Assembly (NCBI GenBank): GCA_017410505.1
Contig: JAFQQR010000034.1
Span: forward strand, 33,631 to 97,630
Length of the DNA stretch: 64,000 bases
Direction: 5' to 3'
DNA from: Clostridia bacterium
Lineage (GTDB): Bacteria > Bacillota > Clostridia > TANB77 > CAG-508
The notes under the pieces were generated by a model, which saw nothing but the letters and a program-made list of their open reading frames with translations, did not search any database and had not been told where the DNA came from. How positions within the stretch are numbered: position 1 is the stretch's first letter; each line of letters opens with the position of its first letter. The translations under genes were made by a program, and so were the position numbers. Shown piece by piece: positions 31,398-41,499 of the stretch.

Positions 31398-33620
31398 ATG
31401 AAAATAAATAAAATAGTAGCAATTTTCACTTTAGTAATATTAGTAACAAACATAATTTCTACTAGTATTTATGTAGTTGAAGCAGAGGATATTCAAAATG
31501 ACATAGATAAAGATATTAATACTATTTCAGAAAACAATATAGAAAATGAACTAGCAAGAGAAGAGTCAGAAGATGATATATCAAATGAAACTAGTGAAAA
31601 TACAATAAAAGATGAAAATACTGTAGACAATAATACTGAAGAAAATACAAATAAAACAAATAATGATATAGAAAAAGATAAAAAAGAAGAAACAGATGAG
31701 ATAGAAAATACGGAAGAAATAGAAAAAACAGAAAATTCAGAAGAAACAAAAGAAACAGAAGAGATAGAAGAAAAGCAAGATGATGTTCAAGAAGATGGGA
31801 TAATGTTGCTTTCAGAGGAACCTAAAGAGTTGGGAATTTCATATAGAACACATGTGCAAAATGTAGGTTGGCAAAAATATTCTAAAGATGGTGAAATGTC
31901 AGGAACATCAGGTAGAAGTTTAAGATTAGAAGGTTTAAATATAAAATTAGAAAATCCTATTTCTGGATTAAAAATTAAATATCAAGTACATATAGAAAAT
32001 GTAGGTTGGCAAGGTTGGAAACAAGATGGAGAAATGGCAGGAACACAAGGTAAAAGCTTAAGATTAGAAGCGATGAAAATTAAATTAGAATCATCTGATG
32101 AATATTCTGTTATGTACAGAGTACATGTTCAAAATATAGGTTGGCAAGATTGGAAGACAGATGGAGAAATAGCTGGAACAGAAGGAAAATCATTAAGATT
32201 AGAGGCAATACAAATTAAAATAGTTCCAAAGGTAAAAAAAGGAATGATACATTTACAAACACCGGTAAATGGATATACATACTATAGTCCTACTACTATA
32301 AAGATTGTAGGTTGGAAAATGTCAAATGTGTCTAATACAAAAATACAGGCATATATTGATGGGAGTACAACACCGATTGACCAAAGCTTAATTACATATA
32401 AACAGAGAAGTGATGTAATTGCAACAATAAATGGTTATGGAACTATAATAGAAAATCCAAATCCAGGATTTGAAATTTCTGTAGATGCAACGAATATGTC
32501 AAGTGGAACACATACAATAAAAATACAATTATGCACATCGACTAACGAAAAAATACAAGAAATGACAACAAAAATAAATATAGATAGAGCATTACATGTT
32601 CAATATAAATCTCATGTACAAAATGTAGGGTGGCAAAGTTATGTTTTAGATGGTAATATATCAGGAACACAAGGAAGAGCTTTAAGGGTAGAAGCGATGA
32701 ATATAAAGTTAATAAATGCACCATCAAATGCAAAAATAATTTATAGAGCACATGTACAAAATGTAGGTTGGCAAAATTGGAAACAAAATGGAGAATTAAC
32801 GGGGACAGAAAGAAAAAGTTTAAGAATTGAAGCGTTGCAAATAAAATTAGAAAATATGGATAACTATACTGTAGAATATCAAGTACATATACAAGATAAA
32901 GGATGGAGCGGATGGTATATAGATGGAGAAACAGCTGGGACAATAGGACAAGCAAAAAGAATTGAAGCTGTAAGAATTAGATTAGTACCGAAGTATAAGA
33001 GACAATATAATGGAATAGATGTGAGTCAATTTAATGGCAGTATTAACTGGGGATTTGTAAAAAGAACAGGAATAGACTTCGCATTTATACGAGTAGGATA
33101 TAGGGGCTATGGACAGGCTGGGAATTTTAAAGAAGATGATAACTTTAGAACAAATATACAAGCAGCTAAACAAGCAGGGGTTCCAGTTGGAGTATATTTC
33201 GTTACTCAGGCAATAACGCCAGCGGAAGCAATAGAAGAAGCTCATTGGGTATTAGATAAAATAAAAGAGTATAGTCTAGATTATCCAATAGCAATTGATA
33301 TAGAAGCCGCTAATGTAGCACCTGGAGATGTTCCAAGAACACAAAACTTAGATACAAATACTCGTACATATTTAGCAAAATTATTCTGTCAAACAATACA
33401 AAGTGCAGGATACACACCAATTATATATGCAAATGTAGATTGGGCAACAAATAAGTTAAATATGTCACAATTATCTGAATATGATACATGGATAGCTAGC
33501 TATAGAAGCGGAAATCCAGGATATAGTGGAAAATATTCAATATGGCAATACACAAGTAAAGGAACAATAAATGGAATATTAGGAAATGTGGATTTAAATA
33601 TTTCTTATAAAAAATATTAA
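31398..33620 (+). CDS. Secreted ChW-repeat GH25 muramidase
   Basis: Signal peptide, acidic linker, six ChW repeats. C-terminal GIDVSQFNG, DFAFIRVG, IAIDIE and WQYTSKG motifs (GH25). Confidence 0.88.
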   Translation: MKINKIVAIFTLVILVTNIISTSIYVVEAEDIQNDIDKDINTISENNIENELAREESEDDISNETSENTIKDENTVDNNTEENTNKTNNDIEKDKKEETDEIENTEEIEKTENSEETKETEEIEEKQDDVQEDGIMLLSEEPKELGISYRTHVQNVGWQKYSKDGEMSGTSGRSLRLEGLNIKLENPISGLKIKYQVHIENVGWQGWKQDGEMAGTQGKSLRLEAMKIKLESSDEYSVMYRVHVQNIGWQDWKTDGEIAGTEGKSLRLEAIQIKIVPKVKKGMIHLQTPVNGYTYYSPTTIKIVGWKMSNVSNTKIQAYIDGSTTPIDQSLITYKQRSDVIATINGYGTIIENPNPGFEISVDATNMSSGTHTIKIQLCTSTNEKIQEMTTKINIDRALHVQYKSHVQNVGWQSYVLDGNISGTQGRALRVEAMNIKLINAPSNAKIIYRAHVQNVGWQNWKQNGELTGTERKSLRIEALQIKLENMDNYTVEYQVHIQDKGWSGWYIDGETAGTIGQAKRIEAVRIRLVPKYKRQYNGIDVSQFNGSINWGFVKRTGIDFAFIRVGYRGYGQAGNFKEDDNFRTNIQAAKQAGVPVGVYFVTQAITPAEAIEEAHWVLDKIKEYSLDYPIAIDIEAANVAPGDVPRTQNLDTNTRTYLAKLFCQTIQSAGYTPIIYANVDWATNKLNMSQLSEYDTWIASYRSGNPGYSGKYSIWQYTSKGTINGILGNVDLNISYKKY

Positions 33621-33637
33621 AATGAAGGGAAAATAAA

Positions 33638-34072
33638 ATGCAGAAATTAAAGGAACTATATAAAAGATACAAAGAAATAATAAACTATTTAATATTTGGA
33701 GTTTTAACAACAGTTATATCTTTATTAATATATTATATATCAGTATTCACATTTTTAAATCCTGAAAATTCAATACAGTTACAAATAGCAAATATCTTAT
33801 CATGGATAGCAGGTGTAACATTTGCATATTTTTCAAATAGAAAATTTGTATTTGAAAGTGAAGAAAAAAATAAAATAAAAGAAGCAGGTAGATTTGTTTT
33901 ATCAAGAGTTATAACTCTTATTATGGATATGATAATTATGTGGCTTGGAGTAACTTTATTATGCCTAAATGATAAGGTAATTAAACTAATATCTCAAGTA
34001 GTAATAATAGTTTCTAATTATATATTTAGTAAAATATTTGTATTTAGCAAAAACGGAAATCGTTTTGATTAA
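33638..34072 (+). CDS. GtrA family protein
   Basis: YLIFGVLTT, AYFSNRKFVF and NYIFSKIFVF motifs. Confidence 0.88.
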   Translation: MQKLKELYKRYKEIINYLIFGVLTTVISLLIYYISVFTFLNPENSIQLQIANILSWIAGVTFAYFSNRKFVFESEEKNKIKEAGRFVLSRVITLIMDMIIMWLGVTLLCLNDKVIKLISQVVIIVSNYIFSKIFVFSKNGNRFD

Positions 34073-34094
34073 AGGTTAAGAAAGGACATATAAA

Positions 34095-35036
34095 ATGGAA
34101 AATAAAAAGGTAACACTTGTTATACCAATGTATTATGAAGAAAAAGTAGCAGAAGAATGTTACAAAAGAGTTAAAGAGAACTTAGAAAAATTAGAAAATT
34201 ATGAGCATGAAATAATATTTGTAAATGATGGAAGTAAAGACAAAACACTAGAAATATTAGAAGGAATAGCCCAAAAGGATAATAATGTAAAAATAATATC
34301 TTTTTCAAGAAATTTTGGACATCAAGCATCAGTAACAGCAGGTCTTCAATATGTAACAGGTGATGCAATAGTAATAATGGATGCGGATCTTCAAGATCCG
34401 CCTGAATTAATACCAGACATGTTAAGACTATGGGAAGAAGGAAATGAAGTAATATATGGAAAAAGAAAGTCTAGAGAAGGGGAAAGTGTATTTAAATTAT
34501 TTACAGCTAAAATGTTTTATAAAACTTTAAATGCATTATCAGATGTAGAGATTCCAAAAGATACAGGAGATTTTAGACTAGTAGACCGAAAAGTAGTTGA
34601 TACTATAAATTCTTTACCAGAACATAATAAGTTTTTAAGAGGATTATTTAGTTGGGTTGGATATAAACAAGTTCCTTTTGAATATGAAAGAAAAGAAAGA
34701 TTTGCAGGAGAAACGAAATATCCTCTAAAGAAAATGCTAAAATTAGCATCAGATGGTATTATAAGTTTTTCTACAAAACCATTAAAACTTGTTGGAGCAT
34801 TAGGAATAGCATCAATAATAATATCAGTGATATTATTGATATATGCATTGGTATCATATATATTTAATTTAAATAATTTATCAGCTGGTTGGACATCTAT
34901 TATGGTAGCTATTACATTCTTTTCTGGTATTCAATTAATGTCTATTTGGATTATTGCTGAATATGTAGGAAGAATTTATGATGAAACTAAACAAAGACCT
35001 CAATATATAATTGATAAAAAAATTAATATAAAATAG
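34095..35036 (+). CDS. GtrB-like bactoprenol glycosyltransferase
   Basis: NDGSKD, SRNFGHQ, MDADLQDPPE and GDFRL motifs, two C-terminal TM segments. Confidence 0.9.
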   Translation: MENKKVTLVIPMYYEEKVAEECYKRVKENLEKLENYEHEIIFVNDGSKDKTLEILEGIAQKDNNVKIISFSRNFGHQASVTAGLQYVTGDAIVIMDADLQDPPELIPDMLRLWEEGNEVIYGKRKSREGESVFKLFTAKMFYKTLNALSDVEIPKDTGDFRLVDRKVVDTINSLPEHNKFLRGLFSWVGYKQVPFEYERKERFAGETKYPLKKMLKLASDGIISFSTKPLKLVGALGIASIIISVILLIYALVSYIFNLNNLSAGWTSIMVAITFFSGIQLMSIWIIAEYVGRIYDETKQRPQYIIDKKINIK

Positions 35037-35101
35037 AAAATATGAAAATTTTACAATTTTAAATTTATTATTAATTATTTCTGTATAAATTACCAAAATT
35101 T

Positions 35102-35130
35102 AAAAAGTACAAGAATTACTTGTACTTTTT
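35102..35130. terminator. Intrinsic terminator
   Basis: AAAAAGTACAAG-AATTA-CTTGTACTTTTT. Confidence 0.7.
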
Positions 35131-35181
35131 TGTATTTAATGATATTATAATATTGAATAAAAAAAGAAAGAAGGCAAAAAA

Positions 35182-36048
35182 ATGAAAATATTAATAACAG
35201 GAGCAAACGGAATGCTTGCCAAGGAAGTAAAAGAAAAATTTGCGACAGGCAATGAAATAATAACTACTGATGTTGCAGAACTAGATATAACAGATGAAAA
35301 AGCTGTTTTTGACTTTATTAATAATTTAAAACCAGATTATATAATAAATTGTGCAGCATTTACAGCGGTTGACAAAGCAGAAGATTGTTATGACTTGGCA
35401 GATAAAATAAATGGAGATGGACCAACTAATTTAGCAAAAGCTGCAAAATCAGCAGGAGCAAAATTGGTACATGTTTCAACAGACTATGTTTTTGGTGGAG
35501 ATTTAGATATTTCAAAAGATTACAAAGAAGACGATAAAAAAGAACCAGTAACAGTATATGGAAAAACAAAATTACATGGAGAACAAGGTATTGAAGAAAA
35601 CATGGAAGAATACTACATATTTAGAACAGCATGGTTATATGGCGTAGGAGGAAATAATTTTGTAAAAACAATGACAAAATTAGGAACTACAAGAGATGAA
35701 ATAAATGTAGTATCAGACCAACATGGAAGTCCAACTTATACAAAAGACTTAACAGAAATAATATATCAAGCAATAGAAAAGAAAATACCATATGGAGTAT
35801 ACCATGCAACAAATCAAGGATATACAACATGGTATGAATTTACAAAAGAAATATTAAAAGAACAGGGCATTGAATGCAAAGTAAATCCTGTAACAACTCA
35901 AGAATATATAGAAATGATGAAAATAACACAAGCAAAAAGACCATTCAACTCGCAATTATCAAAAGATAAATTATTAGAACAAGGTATAGAAGTACCAGAA
36001 TGGAAAGATGGATTGAAAAGATATTTAAAAGAACAAAACTGCCAATAG
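35182..36048 (+). CDS. rfbD: dTDP-4-dehydrorhamnose reductase
   Basis: TGANGML, NCAAFTAVD, STDYVF, YGKTK and GSPT motifs. Confidence 0.95.
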   Translation: MKILITGANGMLAKEVKEKFATGNEIITTDVAELDITDEKAVFDFINNLKPDYIINCAAFTAVDKAEDCYDLADKINGDGPTNLAKAAKSAGAKLVHVSTDYVFGGDLDISKDYKEDDKKEPVTVYGKTKLHGEQGIEENMEEYYIFRTAWLYGVGGNNFVKTMTKLGTTRDEINVVSDQHGSPTYTKDLTEIIYQAIEKKIPYGVYHATNQGYTTWYEFTKEILKEQGIECKVNPVTTQEYIEMMKITQAKRPFNSQLSKDKLLEQGIEVPEWKDGLKRYLKEQNCQ

Positions 36049-36088
36049 ATGTCTCTTTTTTTGGTAGCTAATTTTAGGAGGAATATAA

Positions 36089-36976
36089 ATGAAAAATAGA
36101 AAAGGAATAATTTTAGCGGGTGGAAGTGGAACAAGATTATATCCACTTACACTAGCTATATCAAAACAAATAATGCCAGTATATGATAAACCAATGATAT
36201 ATTATCCTTTATCAGTATTAATGGAAGCTGGAATAAAAGAAGTATTAATAATATCAACACCAAGAGATGCAGAAACTTTTAAAACTTTATTAGGAAATGG
36301 AACTCAATGGGGAATGCATTTTGAATATAAAATACAAGATAAACCAAATGGATTAGCAGAAGCATTTATAATTGGAGAAGACTTTATAGGAGAAGACAAT
36401 GTTGCTATGATATTAGGAGATAATATGTTTTATGGATCTCATTTATCTGAAATGTTAAGAAAAGCTAATGAAAGAGAAAATGAATCAACAATATTTGGAT
36501 ATCAAGTAAAAGACCCAAGAGCATATGGAGTAGTTGAAATAGACGAAAATGGAAAAGCGGTATCAATAGAAGAAAAACCAGAAAATCCAAAATCAAATTA
36601 TGCGGTACCAGGATTATATTTCTATACAAATGATGTAATAGAAATTGCAAAAAATGTTAAACCATCAGCTAGAGGAGAATTAGAAATCACATCAGTAAAT
36701 GAAGAATATATGAAAAAAAATAAATTATATGTGGAAACATTTGGAAGAGGAATGACATGGTTTGACACAGGAACACATGACGCATTATTAGAGACGGCTA
36801 GCTTTGTACAAACAATAGAAAAAAGGCAAGGGATGCAAGTTTGCTGTCCAGAAGAAATCGCTTATCAAAAAGGTTGGATAACAGTAGAGCAATTATTAAA
36901 ATTAGCAGAACAATATATGAAAACAGATTATGGAAAATATTTAAAAGAACTAGCAACAAACAACAAAGGAGAATAA
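36089..36976 (+). CDS. rfbA: Glucose-1-phosphate thymidylyltransferase
   Basis: [31 protein letters not shown] and DTGTH motifs. Confidence 0.97.
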   Translation: MKNRKGIILAGGSGTRLYPLTLAISKQIMPVYDKPMIYYPLSVLMEAGIKEVLIISTPRDAETFKTLLGNGTQWGMHFEYKIQDKPNGLAEAFIIGEDFIGEDNVAMILGDNMFYGSHLSEMLRKANERENESTIFGYQVKDPRAYGVVEIDENGKAVSIEEKPENPKSNYAVPGLYFYTNDVIEIAKNVKPSARGELEITSVNEEYMKKNKLYVETFGRGMTWFDTGTHDALLETASFVQTIEKRQGMQVCCPEEIAYQKGWITVEQLLKLAEQYMKTDYGKYLKELATNNKGE

Positions 36977-37063
36977 AATGGATAATAAAATTAACTATTT
37001 GTTTTCTAAAAAATAATTAACAAAAATATAAAATAAATAAAAAGATAAGGAGGAGAATATATA

Positions 37064-37642
37064 ATGGGGAAATTCAAAAAAATTGATACTTCTATAGAAG
37101 GTGTTTGTATAATAGAACCAACAGTTTTTGGAGATAACAGAGGATATTTCATGGAAACATATAGTAAAGCAGATTTTGAGGAAATAGGATTAAATTATGA
37201 TTTTGTACAAGACAATCAATCAAAATCTAAAAAAGGAGTTTTAAGAGGACTTCATTTTCAAAAAGAAAATACTCAAGCAAAATTAGTTAGATGTATTAAA
37301 GGAGAAGTATTCGATGTTGCAGTAGACTTAAGACCTGGAAGTAAAACATATGGAAAATGGGAAGGTGTAATACTTACAGAAGAAAATAAAAAAATGTTTA
37401 TGATACCAAGGGGATTTGCACATGGATTTTTAGTATTATCAGAAACTGCAGAATTTGCATATAAATGTGATGATATTTATAATCATGAAGCTGAAGGTGG
37501 ACTTAAATGGAATGACCCAGATGTTGCAATTGACTGGCCAATGGGTGATTTAAAACCAGAAGATTTGTTAACATCTGAAAAAGATGGGAAATGGCCTTCA
37601 TTGAAGGAATTAAAAGAAACAAATTTGTTTAAAAATTTATAA
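37064..37642 (+). CDS. rfbC: dTDP-4-dehydrorhamnose 3,5-epimerase
   Basis: DNRGYF, VQDNQS, GVLRGLHFQ and GFAHGF motifs. Confidence 0.97.
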   Translation: MGKFKKIDTSIEGVCIIEPTVFGDNRGYFMETYSKADFEEIGLNYDFVQDNQSKSKKGVLRGLHFQKENTQAKLVRCIKGEVFDVAVDLRPGSKTYGKWEGVILTEENKKMFMIPRGFAHGFLVLSETAEFAYKCDDIYNHEAEGGLKWNDPDVAIDWPMGDLKPEDLLTSEKDGKWPSLKELKETNLFKNL

Positions 37643-37705
37643 GCTTTAGACACCATCAAAAGTTATTTTTAAAACCATTGAAAATAAAATTTAGGAGGTG
37701 AAGTA

Positions 37706-40363
37706 ATGTTAAACTATAAAAATAAAGTTATTAAAATTTTTGCAACTATATCTATAATTATATTATATATCAATTTATTATCACCTGTGGTTTATGCATA
37801 TACTTTAAATAATGAGGAAAGCCAATATGCGAATTATGAAAATGAATTTGAAAGTGAACTTGATAATGAAAATACTTTGTATAATGAAAGCGAAGAAGAT
37901 TTACTTGACAACGAGAATGTACTATATGATGAAAATAATAATACATCACAAAATGAAAGTAATCTGAACAATGAAAATACATTAGATAGCAAAAATGAAC
38001 TAGAGATAGAAAATGAACTTGTTGAATCTTATAATTTAGAAGAAGATACTGAAGGTAATGAAGGAAATGAAGAATTTTCAATAAATGTAGATGTATCTGG
38101 ATATAGAATAAATTCATATTTAAGTAATAATATACATTATTTATTTATGCCTCAGGGAGTAGATATTAGTAATCTAATAATAAATTATACAGGAAAAATA
38201 ACACAAATATCTTCAGGAACAATAGATACAGAAAATAAAACAATTACTAATAATTTTACTAAAAGCAACACAATAACAATAACAGCCAATGATAATGCTT
38301 ATACAGTAACAGTATTACAAACAGATTTACCAAGTGTATCAATTTCTTTGAATGGTGTTACACTAAACCAAATAAATAGCGGAAGTAAAGATACTAAATA
38401 TAAAGGGAATTCTTTAATTTTAAAAACAGCATCTACAACAAAATATGACTTTACAGATCCAGATGTAGAAATAAAAGGTAGAGGGAACTTTTCATGGACC
38501 CTTCCTAAAAAATGCTATCAATTTAAATTATCTTCAAAAGTCAATGTATTAGGAATGGGAAAATCTAAGACATGGCTATTAATAGCAAATTATGGCGATA
38601 ATTCATTAATGAGAAATAAATTAACATATGACTTAGCAGATGAAATTGGAATGCCATATACTCAAAATTCACAATGGATAGATTTATGGGTAGATGGTGA
38701 ATATCAAGGAAATTATTTGCTTGTAGAAAAGGTCCAAGTTAACACAAATAGAGTAGAACTTGAAGATAATTATGGCGTAGTTGTTGAAATGGATAATAAT
38801 TATTATGCAAACGAAGACTATTACTTTAAGAGCGATATAAGTGGTTCTCATTTTGTTCTTCATGATTCAGTTGCAGAAGATAAAGATCTTGATAGTATAT
38901 ATTATGAGACAGCATTTACAGAATTTAAAAACTACATTAATAAATTAGAAAAATTATTATATAGTGAAAATAAAGATTGGAATGAAATTAGCTCAATGAT
39001 AGATGTTGAATCTTTTGTAAAATATTACTTTATACAAGAATTTACTGAAAATGCAGATGGTGCAAGGACAAGCGTATTTATGTATAAAGATGGAGCAAAT
39101 GATGTATTACATATGGGACCTGTTTGGGATTTTGATTTAGCATTAGCAAATTGTGATAAAGATAATTGGGGAGGAAATCCAGAGTATGATTATATAATGA
39201 ATATAAAAGAATACATGGAATCTTCTGTAGATTGGTATACACAATTATTTACAATTCCCGAATTCAGACAAGAAGTTGCAAAAATATATAATAATGAAAT
39301 CAAGAGCGTATTATCTACAGCAACACAAAAAATCAGTAATTACGAAAGCCAATTAACAATATCTTCAAATATGAATTTTATAAGATGGGAAACATTAGGA
39401 AAAGATAATGCATTTGGTTCATATAGAGGGCATAAAATAAAAGATACATATACTGAAGAAGTTAAATATTTATCTGATTGGGTTAATAAGAGAGTAGAAT
39501 ATATTGACAAAAGATATGGAAGTGAATCATCTATTTGCAACATAAAATACACTTCTCATGTAGAAGATTATGGTTGGGATAATCGTTATTATAAAAATGG
39601 AGAGCTATCTGGAACAGAAGGACAAAGTAAAAGATTAGAAGCTATAAGAATAAATTTTGATACTTTTAATAATCAATTATTAGAAAATACCAATATTAAG
39701 TATCAGGTACATGTACAAGATTATGGCTGGATGAATTGGAAACAAAATGGAGCAATGGCGGGAACAGAAGGACAAAACAAAAGAATAGAAGCTATTAAAA
39801 TTCAATTGGAAAATGCTCAAAATTATTCAGTACAATATAGAGTTCATGTACAAGATATAGGATGGACTAATTGGATAAGTGATGGAGAAATAGCAGGAAC
39901 AATAGGAAGAAGTTTAAGAATTGAAGCAATACAAATTAGGTTAATAGAAATACCTGAAAACACAGTAACATATACTACTCATGTTCAAAATGTTGGATGG
40001 CAATCAAATGTTATAAACGGTGAATTATCAGGAACAACAGGACAAAGTTTGAGACTAGAAGGGATAAAAATAAATTTAAAAAACAAATTAGAAAATTCAC
40101 ATATAAAATACAGTACACACATTCAAGACATTGGATGGCAAGATTGGAAATATGATGGAGAATTGTCAGGAACAGAAGGACAAAGCAAAAGATTAGAAGC
40201 TATAAAAATTGAACTAGAAGGTGCTGAAGGATATAATATAAAATATAGAGTCCATGTACAAAATATAGGATGGACAGATTGGAAAGCAAATGGTGAGCTA
40301 GCGGGAACAACAGGTCAAAGCTTAAGATTGGAAGGAATTCAAATAAAAATAGAAAAAAATTAA
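37706..40363 (+). CDS. Secreted CotH-family kinase with C-terminal ChW repeats
   Basis: IKGRGNFSW, PKKCYQFK, WLLIANYGD..LMRN, YQGNYLLVEK and GPVWDFD (CotH), followed by six ChW repeats. Confidence 0.85.
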   Translation: MLNYKNKVIKIFATISIIILYINLLSPVVYAYTLNNEESQYANYENEFESELDNENTLYNESEEDLLDNENVLYDENNNTSQNESNLNNENTLDSKNELEIENELVESYNLEEDTEGNEGNEEFSINVDVSGYRINSYLSNNIHYLFMPQGVDISNLIINYTGKITQISSGTIDTENKTITNNFTKSNTITITANDNAYTVTVLQTDLPSVSISLNGVTLNQINSGSKDTKYKGNSLILKTASTTKYDFTDPDVEIKGRGNFSWTLPKKCYQFKLSSKVNVLGMGKSKTWLLIANYGDNSLMRNKLTYDLADEIGMPYTQNSQWIDLWVDGEYQGNYLLVEKVQVNTNRVELEDNYGVVVEMDNNYYANEDYYFKSDISGSHFVLHDSVAEDKDLDSIYYETAFTEFKNYINKLEKLLYSENKDWNEISSMIDVESFVKYYFIQEFTENADGARTSVFMYKDGANDVLHMGPVWDFDLALANCDKDNWGGNPEYDYIMNIKEYMESSVDWYTQLFTIPEFRQEVAKIYNNEIKSVLSTATQKISNYESQLTISSNMNFIRWETLGKDNAFGSYRGHKIKDTYTEEVKYLSDWVNKRVEYIDKRYGSESSICNIKYTSHVEDYGWDNRYYKNGELSGTEGQSKRLEAIRINFDTFNNQLLENTNIKYQVHVQDYGWMNWKQNGAMAGTEGQNKRIEAIKIQLENAQNYSVQYRVHVQDIGWTNWISDGEIAGTIGRSLRIEAIQIRLIEIPENTVTYTTHVQNVGWQSNVINGELSGTTGQSLRLEGIKINLKNKLENSHIKYSTHIQDIGWQDWKYDGELSGTEGQSKRLEAIKIELEGAEGYNIKYRVHVQNIGWTDWKANGELAGTTGQSLRLEGIQIKIEKN

Positions 40364-40390
40364 AGTAAAAAGGAAGGAAGAAAACAAAAA

Positions 40391-41359
40391 ATGAGTAATA
40401 ATGTATTAGTAACAGGAGCAGCAGGATTTATAGGAGCAAATTTTGCAGAATATTTTGTAAACAAACATCCTGATTATAATGTAATAGTATTAGATAAATT
40501 AACATATGCAGGAAATATGGATAATCTAAAAAAAGTAATGGATAAAATAACATTTGTACAAGGAGATATTTGTGATTTTGATTTTGTATTAGATTTATTC
40601 AAAAAACATGATATAAATGGAGTAATACATTTTGCGGCAGAATCACATGTTGACAACAGTATAAAAAATCCATTTATATTTACACATACAAATGTAATAG
40701 GAACACATACATTATTAGAAGCGGCTAAACAAGTATGGGGAGAAGGAAGTCCAAATAAATTTGTACATATTTCAACAGATGAAGTATTTGGTTCTCTTAA
40801 AGAAGATGGATATTTTACAGAAACATCTCCAATAAAACCAAGCAGCCCATATTCTGCATCTAAAGCAAGTTCAGATTTAGTAGCTTTAGCCTACAAAGAA
40901 ACTTTTAAAATGAATGTAAATGTAACAAACTGTTCAAATAACTATGGACCATATCAACACAATGAAAAATTAATACCTCATATGATAAAACTAGCTTTGA
41001 ATGATGAAAAATTACCAGTTTATGGTGAAGGATTAAATATAAGAGATTGGTTATATGTAGAAGACCATTGTGAAGCAATTGATTTAGTATTCCATAAAGG
41101 AGTATCAGGAGAAAGATATAATATTGGTGGGCACAATGAAAGAAGAAATATTGAAATTGTTAAATTAATATTACAAAGACTAGGAAAATCTGAAGATTTA
41201 ATTGAACATGTTGAGGATAGAAAAGGTCATGATTATAGATATGCTATAGACCCAACTAAAATTAAGAATGAACTTGGATGGTATCCAAAAACTAAGTTTG
41301 AAGATGGTATTGTTAAAACTATTGATTGGTATTTGGCAAATCCAGAGTGGTTAAAATAA
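40391..41359 (+). CDS. rfbB: dTDP-glucose 4,6-dehydratase
   Basis: VTGAAGFIG, HFAAESHVD, STDEV, YSASK, NCSNNYGP and GHDYRYA motifs. Confidence 0.96.
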   Translation: MSNNVLVTGAAGFIGANFAEYFVNKHPDYNVIVLDKLTYAGNMDNLKKVMDKITFVQGDICDFDFVLDLFKKHDINGVIHFAAESHVDNSIKNPFIFTHTNVIGTHTLLEAAKQVWGEGSPNKFVHISTDEVFGSLKEDGYFTETSPIKPSSPYSASKASSDLVALAYKETFKMNVNVTNCSNNYGPYQHNEKLIPHMIKLALNDEKLPVYGEGLNIRDWLYVEDHCEAIDLVFHKGVSGERYNIGGHNERRNIEIVKLILQRLGKSEDLIEHVEDRKGHDYRYAIDPTKIKNELGWYPKTKFEDGIVKTIDWYLANPEWLK

Positions 41360-41385
41360 AAATATTATAAGTATAGAGTGTTAAA

Positions 41386-41416
41386 ATCTGTATAAGATAT
41401 TGACACTCTTTTTTTG
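41386..41416 (+). terminator. Terminator ending the glycan locus
   Basis: AGAGTGT(T)...(G)ACACTCT followed by a T run. Confidence 0.55.
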
Positions 41417-41499
41417 AAATGATAGAATTTAAAACAACTAGAAAATTCTAGTATGTAAGTAAATCCAAAAAAATAAGTATTTTTTAAGGAGGAATAAGT

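Noticed and set aside
31480-31800. E/N/D-rich low-complexity stretch in the GH25 protein
   Set aside because: An ordinary disordered linker of secreted wall proteins.
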